From Leptolyngbyaceae cyanobacterium (GTDB lineage Bacteria; Cyanobacteriota; Cyanobacteriia; Phormidesmidales; Phormidesmidaceae): DNA of 64,000 nt. This document shows positions 62,244 to 64,000 of the stretch, one piece after another; positions within the stretch are counted from its first letter, which is position 1, and every line of letters begins with the position of its first letter. The notes beneath the pieces are model-generated. The model was not told the origin of the DNA. It did no database searches and saw only the letters and a program-made list of their open reading frames with translations. A program made the translations under genes and the position numbers. The stretch spans positions 1,024,001-1,088,000 of the forward strand of contig CBDHHL010000032.1 of the NCBI GenBank assembly GCA_965263355.1, in the 5' to 3' direction.

Positions 62244-63683
62244 CTATAAAAACGGGTTTTGAATTTTGGTCACTAAATCGTAAAACGGCTGCCAGTTATC
62301 CTCCGCTACAATCGGTTCCCAAATAGCTTCAATTTCGGGACGTAGCAAAACAATGGTGGGATTATTCTGGCGTAAACATTGACCTACCTGTGCTATCTCA
62401 GGTGCTGACAGGGTGGTTAAACAATGGTGATAGTGAGATCGCCAGACCTCTAATAGTGTGGTTGCATCCTCATCAGAATTATTAACCGTGGCCGGAAGAA
62501 TTTTATCCGGGCCATCACACCATTTTTCTGAAAACTGTCCCGTTAATCCCGTAAAAAAGTCGTGATAGCTGATACGGGTCTTTTCTAAAAATTCTAGGGT
62601 CAATCGCAAGAGTTCATCCCCCAGGGCTGGGAGTAACTCCTGGAACCCTAGCTTTGCTAACATCCGTTGTTTATAGGCTGCATAGTAATGGTCGCGATAG
62701 CTAGACAAGCCAGTTTCCAGGTCCTTGGCTGACATAATTTGTCCCAGTGGTTTTTGTAGCATCCACAAATTCCACTCACAAACCCGAGGTTGGTTTCCGT
62801 AGCTATAGCGCCCCATATAATCAAAATAGGCTGCCGTAAATCGAGGATTAAACTCATCCATAAAGGCATAGGGACCATAGTCAAAACTTTCCCCTGTAAT
62901 TGACATATTGTCGGTATTTAAAACAGCATGGCAAAACCCTACCGACATCCACTGAGCTGCTAACAGCGCTATCCGCTGTACAAGTTCGGCATAAAACTGG
63001 GCATAGCGTTCTTTAGGGTCCTGTATGGCTAACCAGTGGCTGTAGTAAACCTCGATTACATGGTCGAGTAGTGGCAGCATCAAGTCAGGGCGACCTAGGT
63101 AATGCAGACGCTCAAAGGTACCAAACCGAATATGAGATTTGCTAAAGCGGACCATGACCGATGAACGTGTTGGTGACGGTTCATCTCCACGCCAAAGCTT
63201 TTCACCAGTTTCTACCAGGCTGATGCAGCGGGAGGTATTGACGCCGAGAGCATGTAGCGTTTCTGAAGCTAGGATTTCTCGAACACCCCCCTTCAGAGTC
63301 AGTCGTCCATCACCATGGCGAGAGTAGGGTGTGGTGCCGGAGCCTTTGGTACCAAAGTCATAGAGCATGCCGTCAGTTCCCCTGACCTGGCCATAGAGGA
63401 AGCCACGACCATCCCCTAACATGGTGTTGTAGTCACCAAACTGATAGCCGTGGTAGCGCAGAGCTAGCAGTGGTGCTCGTTGTTGAAACTGGCCAAAGGC
63501 TTCAATAAAGTCAAAGTCACTGACCCTATCTGACTGTAGATCTAATCTGGACAGTAAGTCATCATTGCGAAATCGCAGAATGTGTTGGGGAAAGTCGGCA
63601 GCTGCAACAATGTCATAGTAGTCATCGCCTAGGGCCTCTAAGGCAGGCTCATAGATCAGGTTTAGAAACGGATTGTCGGTCAC
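62244..63683 (-). CDS. selO: Protein adenylyltransferase SelO (YdiU)
   Basis: [35 protein letters not shown]. Confidence 0.95.
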   Translation of the reverse strand: MTDNPFLNLIYEPALEALGDDYYDIVAAADFPQHILRFRNDDLLSRLDLQSDRVSDFDFIEAFGQFQQRAPLLALRYHGYQFGDYNTMLGDGRGFLYGQVRGTDGMLYDFGTKGSGTTPYSRHGDGRLTLKGGVREILASETLHALGVNTSRCISLVETGEKLWRGDEPSPTRSSVMVRFSKSHIRFGTFERLHYLGRPDLMLPLLDHVIEVYYSHWLAIQDPKERYAQFYAELVQRIALLAAQWMSVGFCHAVLNTDNMSITGESFDYGPYAFMDEFNPRFTAAYFDYMGRYSYGNQPRVCEWNLWMLQKPLGQIMSAKDLETGLSSYRDHYYAAYKQRMLAKLGFQELLPALGDELLRLTLEFLEKTRISYHDFFTGLTGQFSEKWCDGPDKILPATVNNSDEDATTLLEVWRSHYHHCLTTLSAPEIAQVGQCLRQNNPTIVLLRPEIEAIWEPIVAEDNWQPFYDLVTKIQNPFL

Positions 63684-63704
63684 AGAGAGCGCAAAGAAGA
63701 AGCT

Positions 63705-64000
63705 TTATTTAGTATCTCTCAAAGCTAAGATTTGCTGGTTAAACCATTGAGCTGCAGTTATATTGCTATCGTTTTCTAACTTGGCAATAGTTTGCTCTAA
63801 AAGGTTTATCGGTAATTCTTTTAAGGTCTGAGAGGTCCTAGTCAGCTGATATTTACCATCACTGTCGAGCAGAAATGCAAAGACACGACTGCCGCGTACA
63901 TCAATTACCCAATATTCAGGGATTTTAAGAGCCGCATACAGCTGCTTCTTTTCGTCTAAATCACTGGCTAATGTGGTGTCTGATATTTCTCCCACCAAGT
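63705..64000 (-). CDS. Uma2-family endonuclease, 3' part
   Basis: LVGEISDTTLASDLDEKK..Y....IPEYWVIDV. Confidence 0.85.
   Translation of the reverse strand, partial: LVGEISDTTLASDLDEKKQLYAALKIPEYWVIDVRGSRVFAFLLDSDGKYQLTRTSQTLKELPINLLEQTIAKLENDSNITAAQWFNQQILALRDTK

Noticed and set aside
714..63327. Many short ORFs antisense to or overlapping well-supported genes
   Set aside because: Shadow ORFs with no motifs
1..64000. tRNA, rRNA, integrase or transposase genes
   Set aside because: None recognised by eye; tRNAscan-SE and ISEScan would be decisive

Overview
Chromosomal window from a phycoerythrin-containing cyanobacterium. Evidence: abundant HIP1 (GCGATCGC) sites, phycobilisome genes and hps-type polysaccharide genes; a filamentous Leptolyngbyaceae-like host is an inference. 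1-9.7 kb is a phycobilisome/bilin cluster (cpeC 5' end, aplA, HEAT protein, two S/U lyases, pebAB, cpcBA-cpcEF without rod linkers). 9.8-18 kb holds sulfur, transport, tldDE and Lrp-LysE genes. 18.4-24.2 kb is a CHAT-protease/AAA_35 gene paired with a membrane-spanning AAA_35-coiled-coil-TPR gene whose repeat array is scrambled. 24-32 kb holds envelope and signalling genes. 32.6-51 kb is an accessory region with an all-in-one kinase-phosphoesterase-Rnl1-type ligase RNA repair gene, rtcB, several decayed toxin-antitoxin loci, a GH3 glucanase and a 6S-like structured RNA. It also holds a cassette missed by the ORF track: NtcA box, glutamine riboswitch, 47-aa GS-inactivating-factor-like ORF and terminator. 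51-64 kb is mostly housekeeping (desaturase, EF-hand protein, ilvA, hps glycosyltransferases, deoC, hpsJ, selO). All calls are by-eye motif recognition; no database search was run.
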